Virus record (IMG/VR): IMGVR_UViG_3300037991_002528
Span: 1-30,549 of that record
Direction: 5' to 3' (one strand)
DNA length: 30,549 nt
Origin: a virus
Lineage: Duplodnaviria > Caudoviricetes
Of the stretch, positions 1 to 7,904 are shown piece after piece. Under the pieces are notes generated by a model. It did no database searches. It was not told where the DNA came from and saw nothing but the letters and a program-made list of their open reading frames with translations. Within the stretch, counting starts at the first letter, position 1. Every line of letters starts with the position of its first letter. The translations under genes were made by a program, and so were the position numbers.

Positions 1-126
1 TTGTGGTCTAGAATCGTACCACATTGAGTTAAGGCTGTGATTGTGTAAAGCCTTAATACTTTTTGACCATTCTTCTGCTTTTATAAGCAATCTTTGTCTT
101 TCTACTCTATCTTCATACTGTGTCAT
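1..126 (-). CDS. hypothetical protein, partial (runs off window start)
   Basis: Not in track. ATG at 126 with GGAG upstream; open to base 1 (MTQYEDRVERQRLLIKAEEWSKSIKALHNHSLNSMWYDSRPQ). Confidence 0.6.
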   Translation of the reverse strand, partial: MTQYEDRVERQRLLIKAEEWSKSIKALHNHSLNSMWYDSRPQ

Positions 127-304
127 AATCAGGTTCTCCATCTTCAGGCCAGCCATTTAGTAAGTCACCACCAGGCGGCACGTTTCTTGTAATACTTTTT
201 AAGTATTGAATTCTTTTTTGTTCCCATAACATTTTAAAGTCTGGGTCTTGAGCTCTATCTCTTGCTGCTACAAGAGAATTAATTATGTTTGTACTACTTC
301 TCAT
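113..304 (-). CDS. hypothetical protein
   Basis: 63 aa ORF tightly packed with neighbours on the coding strand. Confidence 0.7.
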   Translation of the reverse strand: MRSSTNIINSLVAARDRAQDPDFKMLWEQKRIQYLKSITRNVPPGGDLLNGWPEDGEPDYDTV

Positions 305-485
305 CAGTCAATCCATCTAAAACATCAGGGTCATGATTGCCTTGAATCGTAACTGCAAATGTATCGTTATCTTTAATATGTTCTACCATGTGAGGTAAAT
401 CATATCCCTTGCTTTCAAGTATAGCAACTTTGCTTGTAAATTCTCTATACTCATCTCTATTTAATGTTGCTTTCATTAATTCCAC
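294..485 (-). CDS. hypothetical protein
   Basis: 63 aa ORF with GGAG upstream, overlapping both neighbours. Confidence 0.7.
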   Translation of the reverse strand: MELMKATLNRDEYREFTSKVAILESKGYDLPHMVEHIKDNDTFAVTIQGNHDPDVLDGLTDEK

Positions 486-772
486 TCCTGGTCTAATTTT
501 GACGCGTTATACGCATCCATATATGAAGTATCTTCCAGAATTCGGTTTACTTCCTTATCTGAATAATACATGTTTTCAGGTGAATTGAAATCGAGAGAGC
601 CTGGCATTTGTTTACCAGCTTTCTTAACTGACTTAGTCAGCTTTTTATGCAATTTCATTTCTTCCTTGACTTGTTTTTTACGTTCATCGAGCTTTTTAAT
701 TATGTCTTTCATTTCAAGCTCTTCTTTAATTTGAAGCAATTCTGCTTTTAATTCATCAAATGATTTACTCAT
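476..772 (-). CDS. hypothetical coiled-coil protein
   Basis: 98 aa, K/E heptad-like N-terminal half; ATGA overlap with upstream gene. Confidence 0.75.
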   Translation of the reverse strand: MSKSFDELKAELLQIKEELEMKDIIKKLDERKKQVKEEMKLHKKLTKSVKKAGKQMPGSLDFNSPENMYYSDKEVNRILEDTSYMDAYNASKLDQEWN

Positions 773-1041
773 AACTGTTGAATCCTCCTTAAAATTCTAT
801 CAACTTCAGGGTCATTTAAATGACCTCTTACATCATCATTCCATTCTAACATATTGACTCCAATAAACTCTTTATCTTCGTCCCAAGGAGCAATCTCCCA
901 TCTGTTAGGTCCATTCTTTTTATATGGCCCACCATAAGAGCCATCATGACAAATAACACTTGCACCATAGCCATTTTCAAACTTATATATTTTTTGAATA
1001 CCGCCATGTGTGTCAAGTGTTTCTACTAAATAATCTTTCAT
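769..1041 (-). CDS. conserved phage hypothetical protein
   Basis: FENGYGASVI..SYGG..WEIA..DDVRGHL pattern recalled from small phage early proteins. Confidence 0.8.
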   Translation of the reverse strand: MKDYLVETLDTHGGIQKIYKFENGYGASVICHDGSYGGPYKKNGPNRWEIAPWDEDKEFIGVNMLEWNDDVRGHLNDPEVDRILRRIQQL

Positions 1042-1136
1042 TATTTAATCCTCATTTGGTACCACATTATAGCAACTATTAACATTGCTGTAATTATGAA
1101 TCCCGACCATACTAACGCTTCTATCATTGCAGACAT
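1041..1136 (-). CDS. small single-TM membrane protein (31 aa)
   Basis: Not in track. MSAMIEALVWSGFIITAMLIVAIMWYQMRIK fills the gap exactly, with TAATG coupling at both ends. Confidence 0.7.
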   Translation of the reverse strand: MSAMIEALVWSGFIITAMLIVAIMWYQMRIK

Positions 1137-1330
1137 TAGTAGCATTCTCCTTCTACTAGATTAGTATCTGAAGTTAATCTACCAAAATCAGCTCTTCTCA
1201 AATCAGTGACTTGACATCTATTATCATAATCACGTCTTTGCTTTTCGCCGATATACTTAGCTAATGATTTAGCTTTTTTATCATCGTCTGCATAAATGTA
1301 GTACGATGTTGTTATTACATATCTATCCAT
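1136..1330 (-). CDS. hypothetical protein
   Basis: 64 aa ORF with AGGAG Shine-Dalgarno. Confidence 0.75.
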   Translation of the reverse strand: MDRYVITTSYYIYADDDKKAKSLAKYIGEKQRRDYDNRCQVTDLRRADFGRLTSDTNLVEGECY

Positions 1331-1342
1331 ATTTACTCCTTA

Positions 1343-1870
1343 TTAAAATGTTATGTTTCTAGGTAATTCTACTTCTGGCTCAGGGTCATTTACATCGAAC
1401 CATTCTTTTAAGTCTTTTTCTAAAACAAGGTCACCATCTTCCATAAGGAACTCAGCCTTATAGTTTGCACGTTTTGTGTCTGACATATCGCCAGTCCATG
1501 ACTCAGTTTTTTCTATAATAGACTTTTTCATCCAACCATCTTCACGGTTATCGTAAACTTTAACAAAGTTAACTTGACCACTAGGTGTGATGTTAAACTG
1601 AGTTGTAGTTTCCCAATCCTCAGCATGAGGTTGATTATGCTTAAGCATTTCAGCTCTACCAATGATGTATTCCTCACATCCACCGTTAGACTCAATAAGA
1701 GTTGTAGTGATGTATGGTCTCACTTGAGCTGTAATTGTTGCAATTTCATTCTCAGTGAGGTCACCACAGTTAAACATTACAAAGGTATTACCACCCTTGA
1801 ACTTCATGTAAGGTGACTCTAGGTCCCCATAATTTTCCATGTATTGGGTGTTGATTACTAATTTATTCAT
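1343..1870 (-). CDS. hypothetical early protein
   Basis: 175 aa, AAGGAG SD, directly downstream of an early promoter. Confidence 0.85.
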   Translation of the reverse strand: MNKLVINTQYMENYGDLESPYMKFKGGNTFVMFNCGDLTENEIATITAQVRPYITTTLIESNGGCEEYIIGRAEMLKHNQPHAEDWETTTQFNITPSGQVNFVKVYDNREDGWMKKSIIEKTESWTGDMSDTKRANYKAEFLMEDGDLVLEKDLKEWFDVNDPEPEVELPRNITF

Positions 1871-1903
1871 TTTTTACTCCTTATCAATTTTGAATATATG
1901 TAT

Positions 1904-1932
1904 ATTATAACATACTTTTTTGCAAATGTAAA
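1904..1932 (-). promoter_or_regulatory. sigma70-like early promoter
   Basis: TTTACA-17 nt-TATAAT with extended TG. Confidence 0.8.
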
Positions 1933-1946
1933 GGACTTTTGTGAAA

Positions 1947-2060
1947 TTAATCCCTCTTTTTTTCTTGCCCTTTCAAGAATAATTTATTTGCGTGTCTTTG
2001 CATAGACATTTCTACTTGTCTATCAAACCAATTTCTAAACCATTGTCTTAATTTACCCAC
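1947..2060 (-). CDS. 37 aa microprotein, copy A (paralog of 18423..18530)
   Basis: Not in track. GTG start, GGAG SD; MGKLRQWFRNWFDRQVEMSMQRHANKLFLKGQEKKRD. Confidence 0.85.
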   Translation of the reverse strand: MGKLRQWFRNWFDRQVEMSMQRHANKLFLKGQEKKRD

Positions 2061-2077
2061 TTATTTCTCCATAAAAT

Positions 2078-2152
2078 TGGTAGCCCGTAGAGGAATCGAA
2101 CCTCTCTTTCCAGGATGAAAACCTGGCGTCCTCACCGATAGACGAACGGGCC
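2078..2152 (-). tRNA. tRNA-Glu (TTC)
   Basis: Cloverleaf: GGCCCGT/ACGGGCT acceptor, CCAGG-TTTTCAT-CCTGG anticodon arm, AGAGG-TTCGATT-CCTCT T arm, encoded CCA. Confidence 0.97.
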
Positions 2153-2295
2153 AAAAAGGTCGAGAGAGCATTCGATTCAATACTCTTCAGCAGTTCCCTG
2201 CTCTCTCTAGTTAGTAAGCTTCCCACTTCACAATCGTCATTTGGTCTTGTGGCCAGTTTACTGGAGGGGTTGACTGTCCCCGGTCTTACTATCAT
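2153..2295 (-). ncRNA. candidate structured non-coding RNA upstream of tRNA-Glu
   Basis: GC-rich intergenic segment with nested stems: 2212-2218/2285-2291 closing three hairpins, plus 2162-2170/2199-2207. Confidence 0.55.
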
Positions 2296-2297
2296 TA

Positions 2298-2732
2298 TTA
2301 AAAATCTCCTGGTGCAACCTGCAAACAAGGTATACCGTTTGCTCTCCACATGTCGACAACTTGATTTCTGTCATCGAATACCATGTCTGGTTTCCAGTCA
2401 GCTTTTATAAGCTCATCCAAAACTCTTTGTTTGAATTGATGGTCTGGCTCAAAGCTATCATCTGGTCTCATAAACATGAAGTCCCAGAATTTACCACATG
2501 TTGCAGCTAATTGCTTTTCAGTTATATCTCTTTGTCTTTCTTTTCTAGCAGATACAACAACTATTGAGTGACCAGCATCTTTCATACATTCAGCTATTTC
2601 GAATATATGCTCATTTCTTGTATCATTAACTGTTTCAGCTTCGAATGATGCCCAGTCATTATTGCCTTCAACAAAATGTCTTCTATGCTCGACATTCATC
2701 AAAGTTCCATCTACATCAAATATTATTTTCAT
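2298..2732 (-). CDS. HAD-family phosphatase, like the PseT/PNK 3'-phosphatase domain
   Basis: FDVDGT motif I, VVSAR motif II, FMRP, FDDRNQVVDMWR motif IV. Confidence 0.88.
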   Translation of the reverse strand: MKIIFDVDGTLMNVEHRRHFVEGNNDWASFEAETVNDTRNEHIFEIAECMKDAGHSIVVVSARKERQRDITEKQLAATCGKFWDFMFMRPDDSFEPDHQFKQRVLDELIKADWKPDMVFDDRNQVVDMWRANGIPCLQVAPGDF

Positions 2733-2734
2733 AA

Positions 2735-3034
2735 TTAAGCTCCTACGTTATCTGCTAATGAATCCCAGTAGCCTGAAATTCCTATAGCACTATTATCACA
2801 ACCTTGTCCATTAAACCAGTATTCTACATTAAGTCCTCTGAATACTTGTTTGTATAAAATTACAGTTTGGAATTTAGCATTAATATCTTCTGCCATAACT
2901 CTTGCTACGATATGGTCATCAGATACTTCAGTTATAAAGCCTTCGTAAGTCATACCACTATGTGTATATCTAATTAATTCCCAGTGGTTAGTTGGTTCCT
3001 TTACAACCGATTCAAATAATTGTGTTAATTTCAT
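2735..3034 (-). CDS. hypothetical early protein
   Basis: 99 aa, AAGGAG SD, downstream of an early promoter. Confidence 0.8.
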   Translation of the reverse strand: MKLTQLFESVVKEPTNHWELIRYTHSGMTYEGFITEVSDDHIVARVMAEDINAKFQTVILYKQVFRGLNVEYWFNGQGCDNSAIGISGYWDSLADNVGA

Positions 3035-3063
3035 CCTTTCTCCTTATCCTTTAATATATGTAT

Positions 3064-3092
3064 ATTATATCATATTCTCTGTAAAAGTAAAC
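3064..3092 (-). promoter_or_regulatory. sigma70-like / T4-type early promoter
   Basis: GTTTAC-17 nt-TATAAT preceded by A-rich tracts. Confidence 0.72.
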
Positions 3093-3162
3093 GGTTTTTG
3101 GGAAAAAAGTGAAAATAATTACACAACATACCCTATGTCAGCAGTTTTAACCGCCTTTCGGG

Positions 3163-3753
3163 TTAAAATGCGTCGTATTTATCCATTACGTATAAGTTGC
3201 GATATACAGCAATTTCTAACATAAGATTAATAAACTCTAATTGATAGTAATTCATATTTTGTTCTACTAAAGGAGCTACTATCATTTTATGAGTTATTAA
3301 AGCTCTATTACTAGGTCTTTCATTTAATAAAAAATTAGCTTCTGTTATTAAATCAGATTGATTCAAAGCATGTATAGTCATTAACACATCAATGGTATTA
3401 AGTATATAATATCTTTTTCTTTGATTGTATGTTGGTTCAGGTGAGGGGACTATAAATCGTAACTTTCTCGGATTTTCCTTTAACCAGGATTCTATCAACT
3501 TCTGTGAATGCTCTTTCTGTACAGCTTCTATAAGTTTCTGGTCCCAACAACACTCGAATCCCATCATAATTTCTTGTTTGTCCCTCGAGTCTAGCGCCCA
3601 AGTTGACGGCGTCTCCAATGACGGAATAGTCAAATCTAGATTCTGAGCCCATGTTTCCGACGATACATGTCCCGGTATTAATCCCAATACCAATATCAAT
3701 CCTAGGTAAACCTTGTTCTTCAAGTTGTTGTATAAGTTCATCTGCTGCCTCAC
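3163..3753 (-). CDS. hypothetical exported/membrane protein overlapping the cyclase 3' end
   Basis: Occupies the otherwise empty 3163-3436. D-x2-M-T..EAN pattern reminiscent of DUF5658; signal-peptide-like N-terminus. Start uncertain. Confidence 0.65.
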   Translation of the reverse strand: MRQQMNLYNNLKNKVYLGLILVLGLIPGHVSSETWAQNLDLTIPSLETPSTWALDSRDKQEIMMGFECCWDQKLIEAVQKEHSQKLIESWLKENPRKLRFIVPSPEPTYNQRKRYYILNTIDVLMTIHALNQSDLITEANFLLNERPSNRALITHKMIVAPLVEQNMNYYQLEFINLMLEIAVYRNLYVMDKYDAF

Positions 3754-5272
3754 ATATTTCTAATGATGTTTGAACGGCTTTATCCGCGTGGTTTTCACAT
3801 GGTAATGGAGCGTTCCAAAATGCCATGATACAATCACCCATGAATTTATCAATTGTTCCGCCATTCTTTAGAACAATTTTAGTCATAGTATCTAAATAAT
3901 TATTTATAAGGTTAACTAATCCTTCTGGGTCATCGTTGTTTTTGTAATGTTCTGATATAGGAGTAAATCCACATATATCCATAAACATAAATGTCATTTC
4001 TTTTCTTTCACCACCAAGCTTTAAGAGTGATGGGTCTTTTTGTAATTGTTTGACTAAGTCGGGAGATACATAAGTACCAAACTGTTTCTTTATTTGTTGT
4101 CTTAATACAAATTGTTTATAGAAATTATTGAAACTCGCTGAGGTGAGTAAAAGTATATATATTATTAGAGCAGCTGATAAATCGAGGAGTATAGAAAATT
4201 CGTACCAGGCGTAATAAGAAGCGTAGCCTACGGCAGCAGCGGAGCCGACGAAGGATGCAAGCCCAAGCCAAATCGGTAAATAGTAAACAGCTAAAACAAT
4301 CAGAAGAGAACCCAATACAACCATTCCTAACTCAGCCATAAATGTCCATTGAGGACGTGATATAGGATTATCAGATATTATTGTTTGTAAAGCATTTGCT
4401 TGTAATTGATGTGGATATAATAATCCTCCTGGTGTAGAAACTTGTGGTACTATTCCTTTTGCTGTGACTCCTATTATAGCTGTCTTTCCTTCTAAATTTG
4501 GTAATGGTTCTCCAAAATTATATGAATCAAATTCTGTATTCCATTTTAACCATATACTTCCTCTTTCATCTGTTGGTATAATAAATGGTCTTAATATAAT
4601 ACTTTCTATTCCACCTTCATTTAATTTAACTGTATACGATTTTTTATTTTGCATAGCTCTTACAGTTTCTAGTGCAAATGATGGATATAAATCATTATTG
4701 ACTTGAGATAGTAATGGTATACGTCTTGTAAGATTATCGACTTCAGGAGCTCCATTTAATAATCCAGCTCCCCATGCATTTGTTTCTAATATATCAATAT
4801 TAGTAATTAATCCACCATATCGATAAGTTAAATCTAATACATCACCTGAATATCCAAACGTAGCATAACCTACGTAAGGAGCTTTTGTTGACCTGCCTTC
4901 TGAATCTGCATCTTGAGATAATATTATACCATTATCTTTTACCCATGATGCAAATACTTCATCACCACCAAACCTATCAGGTTCAGGAAACATAATAGTA
5001 AATCCAATCATACCAGCATTTGCATTACGTAAATCAGATATCATTTGAGCATAGTTTTGTCTTGGCCATGGATATTGACCATAAGTTTCTAATGATGATT
5101 CACTTATATTAATTAATACAATATCGTTTGATTTTTCTGCTGGAATTGATTGTATATATTGGTCAAATATACTGAGTCTAAATTGTTCTAATATTTGTGG
5201 GTCTGCAATCCTTACACCAATAAGTGTTATACCTAAAAGAATTGTAGTCCATATTGAAGTAAAATATTTCAT
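3437..5272 (-). CDS. CHASE2-domain membrane adenylate cyclase (class III)
   Basis: N-terminal TM; CHASE2 (IVLINISESSL..GQYPWPR, FPEPDR); 3 TMs; cyclase motifs FMDICGFT, IDKFMGDCIMAFW, FDYSVIGDAVNLGARLE, VKGK. Confidence 0.95.
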   Translation of the reverse strand: MKYFTSIWTTILLGITLIGVRIADPQILEQFRLSIFDQYIQSIPAEKSNDIVLINISESSLETYGQYPWPRQNYAQMISDLRNANAGMIGFTIMFPEPDRFGGDEVFASWVKDNGIILSQDADSEGRSTKAPYVGYATFGYSGDVLDLTYRYGGLITNIDILETNAWGAGLLNGAPEVDNLTRRIPLLSQVNNDLYPSFALETVRAMQNKKSYTVKLNEGGIESIILRPFIIPTDERGSIWLKWNTEFDSYNFGEPLPNLEGKTAIIGVTAKGIVPQVSTPGGLLYPHQLQANALQTIISDNPISRPQWTFMAELGMVVLGSLLIVLAVYYLPIWLGLASFVGSAAAVGYASYYAWYEFSILLDLSAALIIYILLLTSASFNNFYKQFVLRQQIKKQFGTYVSPDLVKQLQKDPSLLKLGGERKEMTFMFMDICGFTPISEHYKNNDDPEGLVNLINNYLDTMTKIVLKNGGTIDKFMGDCIMAFWNAPLPCENHADKAVQTSLEICEAADELIQQLEEQGLPRIDIGIGINTGTCIVGNMGSESRFDYSVIGDAVNLGARLEGQTRNYDGIRVLLGPETYRSCTERAFTEVDRILVKGKSEKVTIYSPLT

Positions 5273-5293
5273 AAAGTGTTATACTGTGTTATA

Positions 5294-5608
5294 CTAAAAC
5301 TGTACTGATACACCACATCCACATGAAGATTTTTCAGCAGGATTAATAATTTTAAATTGTTCGTTAATTCCTTCTATAACGTAATCTAATGTGGCATCAG
5401 TAAAATAGGGCAATGATAAATCGTCGATGACGAGATTGAATTTTCCATAGTCGTACACATGGTCATTACTCCTAACTGTGGATTCATAATCAAATATATA
5501 TTCGAACCCAGCACAACCGCCACCAGTAACGCCAATCCTAATCGTATCATTACCGTCTTTAGTTTTTTCAATGAGTCTTTTAATTGCTTCATCAGTTAAT
5601 TCTATCAT
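5294..5608 (-). CDS. iscA: A-type Fe-S carrier (IscA/HesB family)
   Basis: IRIGVTGGGCAGFEY and NP..SSCGCGVS motifs. Confidence 0.93.
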   Translation of the reverse strand: MIELTDEAIKRLIEKTKDGNDTIRIGVTGGGCAGFEYIFDYESTVRSNDHVYDYGKFNLVIDDLSLPYFTDATLDYVIEGINEQFKIINPAEKSSCGCGVSVQF

Positions 5609-5609
5609 T

Positions 5610-6032
5610 TTAGTATTGATTATGTTTTCTATGAGCTGTTTTCTTTTCCCAATCTTTTATTGCAGTTTGTATAGTTTCTTCAGCTAATACTGAACAATGT
5701 AATTTTATTGGAGGTAATTCTAAAGCTGCAGCTATTTCTTTATCTTTTATTTTTTTAGCTTCTTCTAATGTTTTACCTTTTAACATTTCAACAAACATTG
5801 TACTTGATGCAATAGCTGAACCACAGCCATATGTTTTAAATTTAACATCTAATATTTTATCTGTCATCGGGTCTAGTTTTAAATCAAGTTTCATAACATC
5901 TCCGCACGCGGGTGCGCCTGCGAGACCAGTCACAACATTAGGGTCTTTCGGGTCGAATCGACCAACACCATGTTTTGCAGGATTATTTAATACATCCTCA
6001 AATCTATCTACTACTTTTTTGCTGTATGCCAT
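5610..6032 (-). CDS. iscU: Fe-S cluster scaffold IscU
   Basis: GAPACGDVMKL, KFKTYGCGSAIASS, LELPPIKLHCS; three Cys ligands present. Confidence 0.96.
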   Translation of the reverse strand: MAYSKKVVDRFEDVLNNPAKHGVGRFDPKDPNVVTGLAGAPACGDVMKLDLKLDPMTDKILDVKFKTYGCGSAIASSTMFVEMLKGKTLEEAKKIKDKEIAAALELPPIKLHCSVLAEETIQTAIKDWEKKTAHRKHNQY

Positions 6033-6748
6033 TAATTTCCTTGTGTGACAGATATATTACAGCCACCTGATGTATAGCAATAATTTGTTATGCTATAAGA
6101 TTTATTATTCCAACCATTTTGATATACACTAATGTCAGTTGGTTCTGTTCCTCTTAATATAACACTCATATAATGGTCACCATTATTTGTTTGGCGAAGG
6201 TCAACTTCATTATAATCATTGTATATATCTAAATTAATATATTGGCTTCCACCTTCTCTTTGTACTGTATAAATGTCATTATAATCTCCTTCAAGATGTA
6301 GCCAATATTCATGCCCTGAAGAATTACTATTTGTCCTTTGCGTCATTAAAACTTCGTTATTATCACCTGTAATATTAATGTGAGCAAATGTATTTCCATA
6401 TTCAGAATTATCAATACTAAAGTTTCCATTAGTTCCTATTTGATATCCTTGAGCAAGTTTTAAAGTATTTCCATCTCCCCAAAGTCTACGAAGTTCTATT
6501 GTATTTGGTTGTGTACCATTACCTCTATCTCTTGCTTGTTTTATAATAACAGTATTATCAACACCATCAATTCCTTCTGATGCTGTCCATTGTTTAACAA
6601 TATTATTAAATCCAATTTGAGTTATATCAAGGTCAAAGTTATCACCTTCTTGTAATATTGTAATTTGATTATCATCAGCAAATGCTGCTAGTGCAAAGCA
6701 AATACTAATTAGACTGATTAATATATATTTCAATTCCATCTCCGTCAT
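6032..6748 (-). CDS. secreted curlin-like repeat (beta-solenoid) protein
   Basis: Signal peptide (AFA/DD); repeated N-x5-Q units (NQITILQEG, NEVLMTQ, NDIYTVQ, NEVDLRQ); in csgFG cluster. Confidence 0.8.
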   Translation of the reverse strand: MTEMELKYILISLISICFALAAFADDNQITILQEGDNFDLDITQIGFNNIVKQWTASEGIDGVDNTVIIKQARDRGNGTQPNTIELRRLWGDGNTLKLAQGYQIGTNGNFSIDNSEYGNTFAHINITGDNNEVLMTQRTNSNSSGHEYWLHLEGDYNDIYTVQREGGSQYINLDIYNDYNEVDLRQTNNGDHYMSVILRGTEPTDISVYQNGWNNKSYSITNYCYTSGGCNISVTQGN

Positions 6749-7904
6749 TGAAGGTCATAACACCTTCGTAATCGTTAGTGACGACATCTATAAATCCACT
6801 GCCGCCAGCTCCTATTATTATATTTATAACTCCATTTACGCTACGAAAGAAAACTAAATTACCATCTTGTTCAAATACGTTAAATTGAGAATCTTTATTA
6901 AATCCTACTGAAGCTCCTTTTAATCTAAATCCACCTAAGTCTCCAGCTGAAGCTTGTGCATCAGCTAAAACAACTCTAGTTTTTTCTAATGCTTCTACAA
7001 CATCTAATAAATCTCTTAAAAAGTCTACTTCTAATAAGTCAATATCTAACTCACTAAATTCTAAATCTTCTTTAGTATCAGTTAAAGCATCTGATTCTAA
7101 TTCATTAAACTCTAAAAAGTCTACATCTAATAAACCTGTGTCCTGGTCTTGTTCATCCGCAGCTTGTTCTTCAATTGCTTTTTTTACTTCACTTGGTGGA
7201 TTAACAATAAACATATTATCAATTAAAGATGGTGTAATACCATTGATAGTCACTGGATTAGTCGGTGCACTGTCAAGTGTACTTACCATAGTTGCTTGAT
7301 AAGCTTCGTTTAATATCACTGTTCCTCCCAGATTTGTGACACTGATTTCACCCGAGGGGGAACCGTTTGCGTCAGGCAATAGGACTATAAGGCTTCGTCC
7401 AAGCTCATCTATTGTTGTAGTAAAGTCTGTTCCACGAATACCTATTGTGGCTGTTGGTGTTTGTATGTCTATGTTTGCTTTATTTACTAAACCAAGAGAA
7501 CCTGAAGCAAATCTTGCTGTTCCCATTGTAAATTTCATAGACATTTTAGATAATGATGGGTCAGGGTCGTAATATATTTCGTCTATTAATACCTCTGAAT
7601 GTTCTTTTAAATCCAATTGAGCCTTATCTAAAAACTCAATCTTCATACTTCCCATAGCTGTTTCAGCTATATCGTTAAGTTCTATAGGAAGGTTATTGAG
7701 ATTATTTAAATCTTCGTTTTGTCGTACTATTTTACCGACACCAGTAGATTCTACTATATCACCAATAGGGTCTGCATAAACAAACCCTATTGATAAAAAT
7801 AAACTAACTATCGTTAGCTGAATCTTTCTGATTAATTTGGATTGTCGAGTTATCACTTGTAATATCCAATGTAATGATAGCATTTGGTGTAGCACAACCA
7901 CCAC
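6705..7904 (-). CDS. exported FecR-domain protein with acidic linker
   Basis: Signal peptide ending VYA/DP; GTARF and IQTPTATIGIRGTDF FecR motifs. True start probably 20-40 nt downstream of 7904. Confidence 0.85.
   Translation of the reverse strand: MVVVLHQMLSLHWILQVITRQSKLIRKIQLTIVSLFLSIGFVYADPIGDIVESTGVGKIVRQNEDLNNLNNLPIELNDIAETAMGSMKIEFLDKAQLDLKEHSEVLIDEIYYDPDPSLSKMSMKFTMGTARFASGSLGLVNKANIDIQTPTATIGIRGTDFTTTIDELGRSLIVLLPDANGSPSGEISVTNLGGTVILNEAYQATMVSTLDSAPTNPVTINGITPSLIDNMFIVNPPSEVKKAIEEQAADEQDQDTGLLDVDFLEFNELESDALTDTKEDLEFSELDIDLLEVDFLRDLLDVVEALEKTRVVLADAQASAGDLGGFRLKGASVGFNKDSQFNVFEQDGNLVFFRSVNGVINIIIGAGGSGFIDVVTNDYEGVMTFNDGDGIEIYINQSN

Noticed and set aside
2160-2210. Hammerhead (CTGAAGA) or glycine-riboswitch resemblance
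   Set aside because: Lacks the GAAA after stem II and the CCGAAG/CTCAGG core, so no family assigned.
2053-2349. 98 aa track ORF
   Set aside because: Runs through tRNA-Glu and the structured RNA candidate; shadow ORF.
4200-4275. Locally GC-rich patch in the cyclase TM region
   Set aside because: Largely explained by Ala/Gly codons; no repeat or clear structure found.
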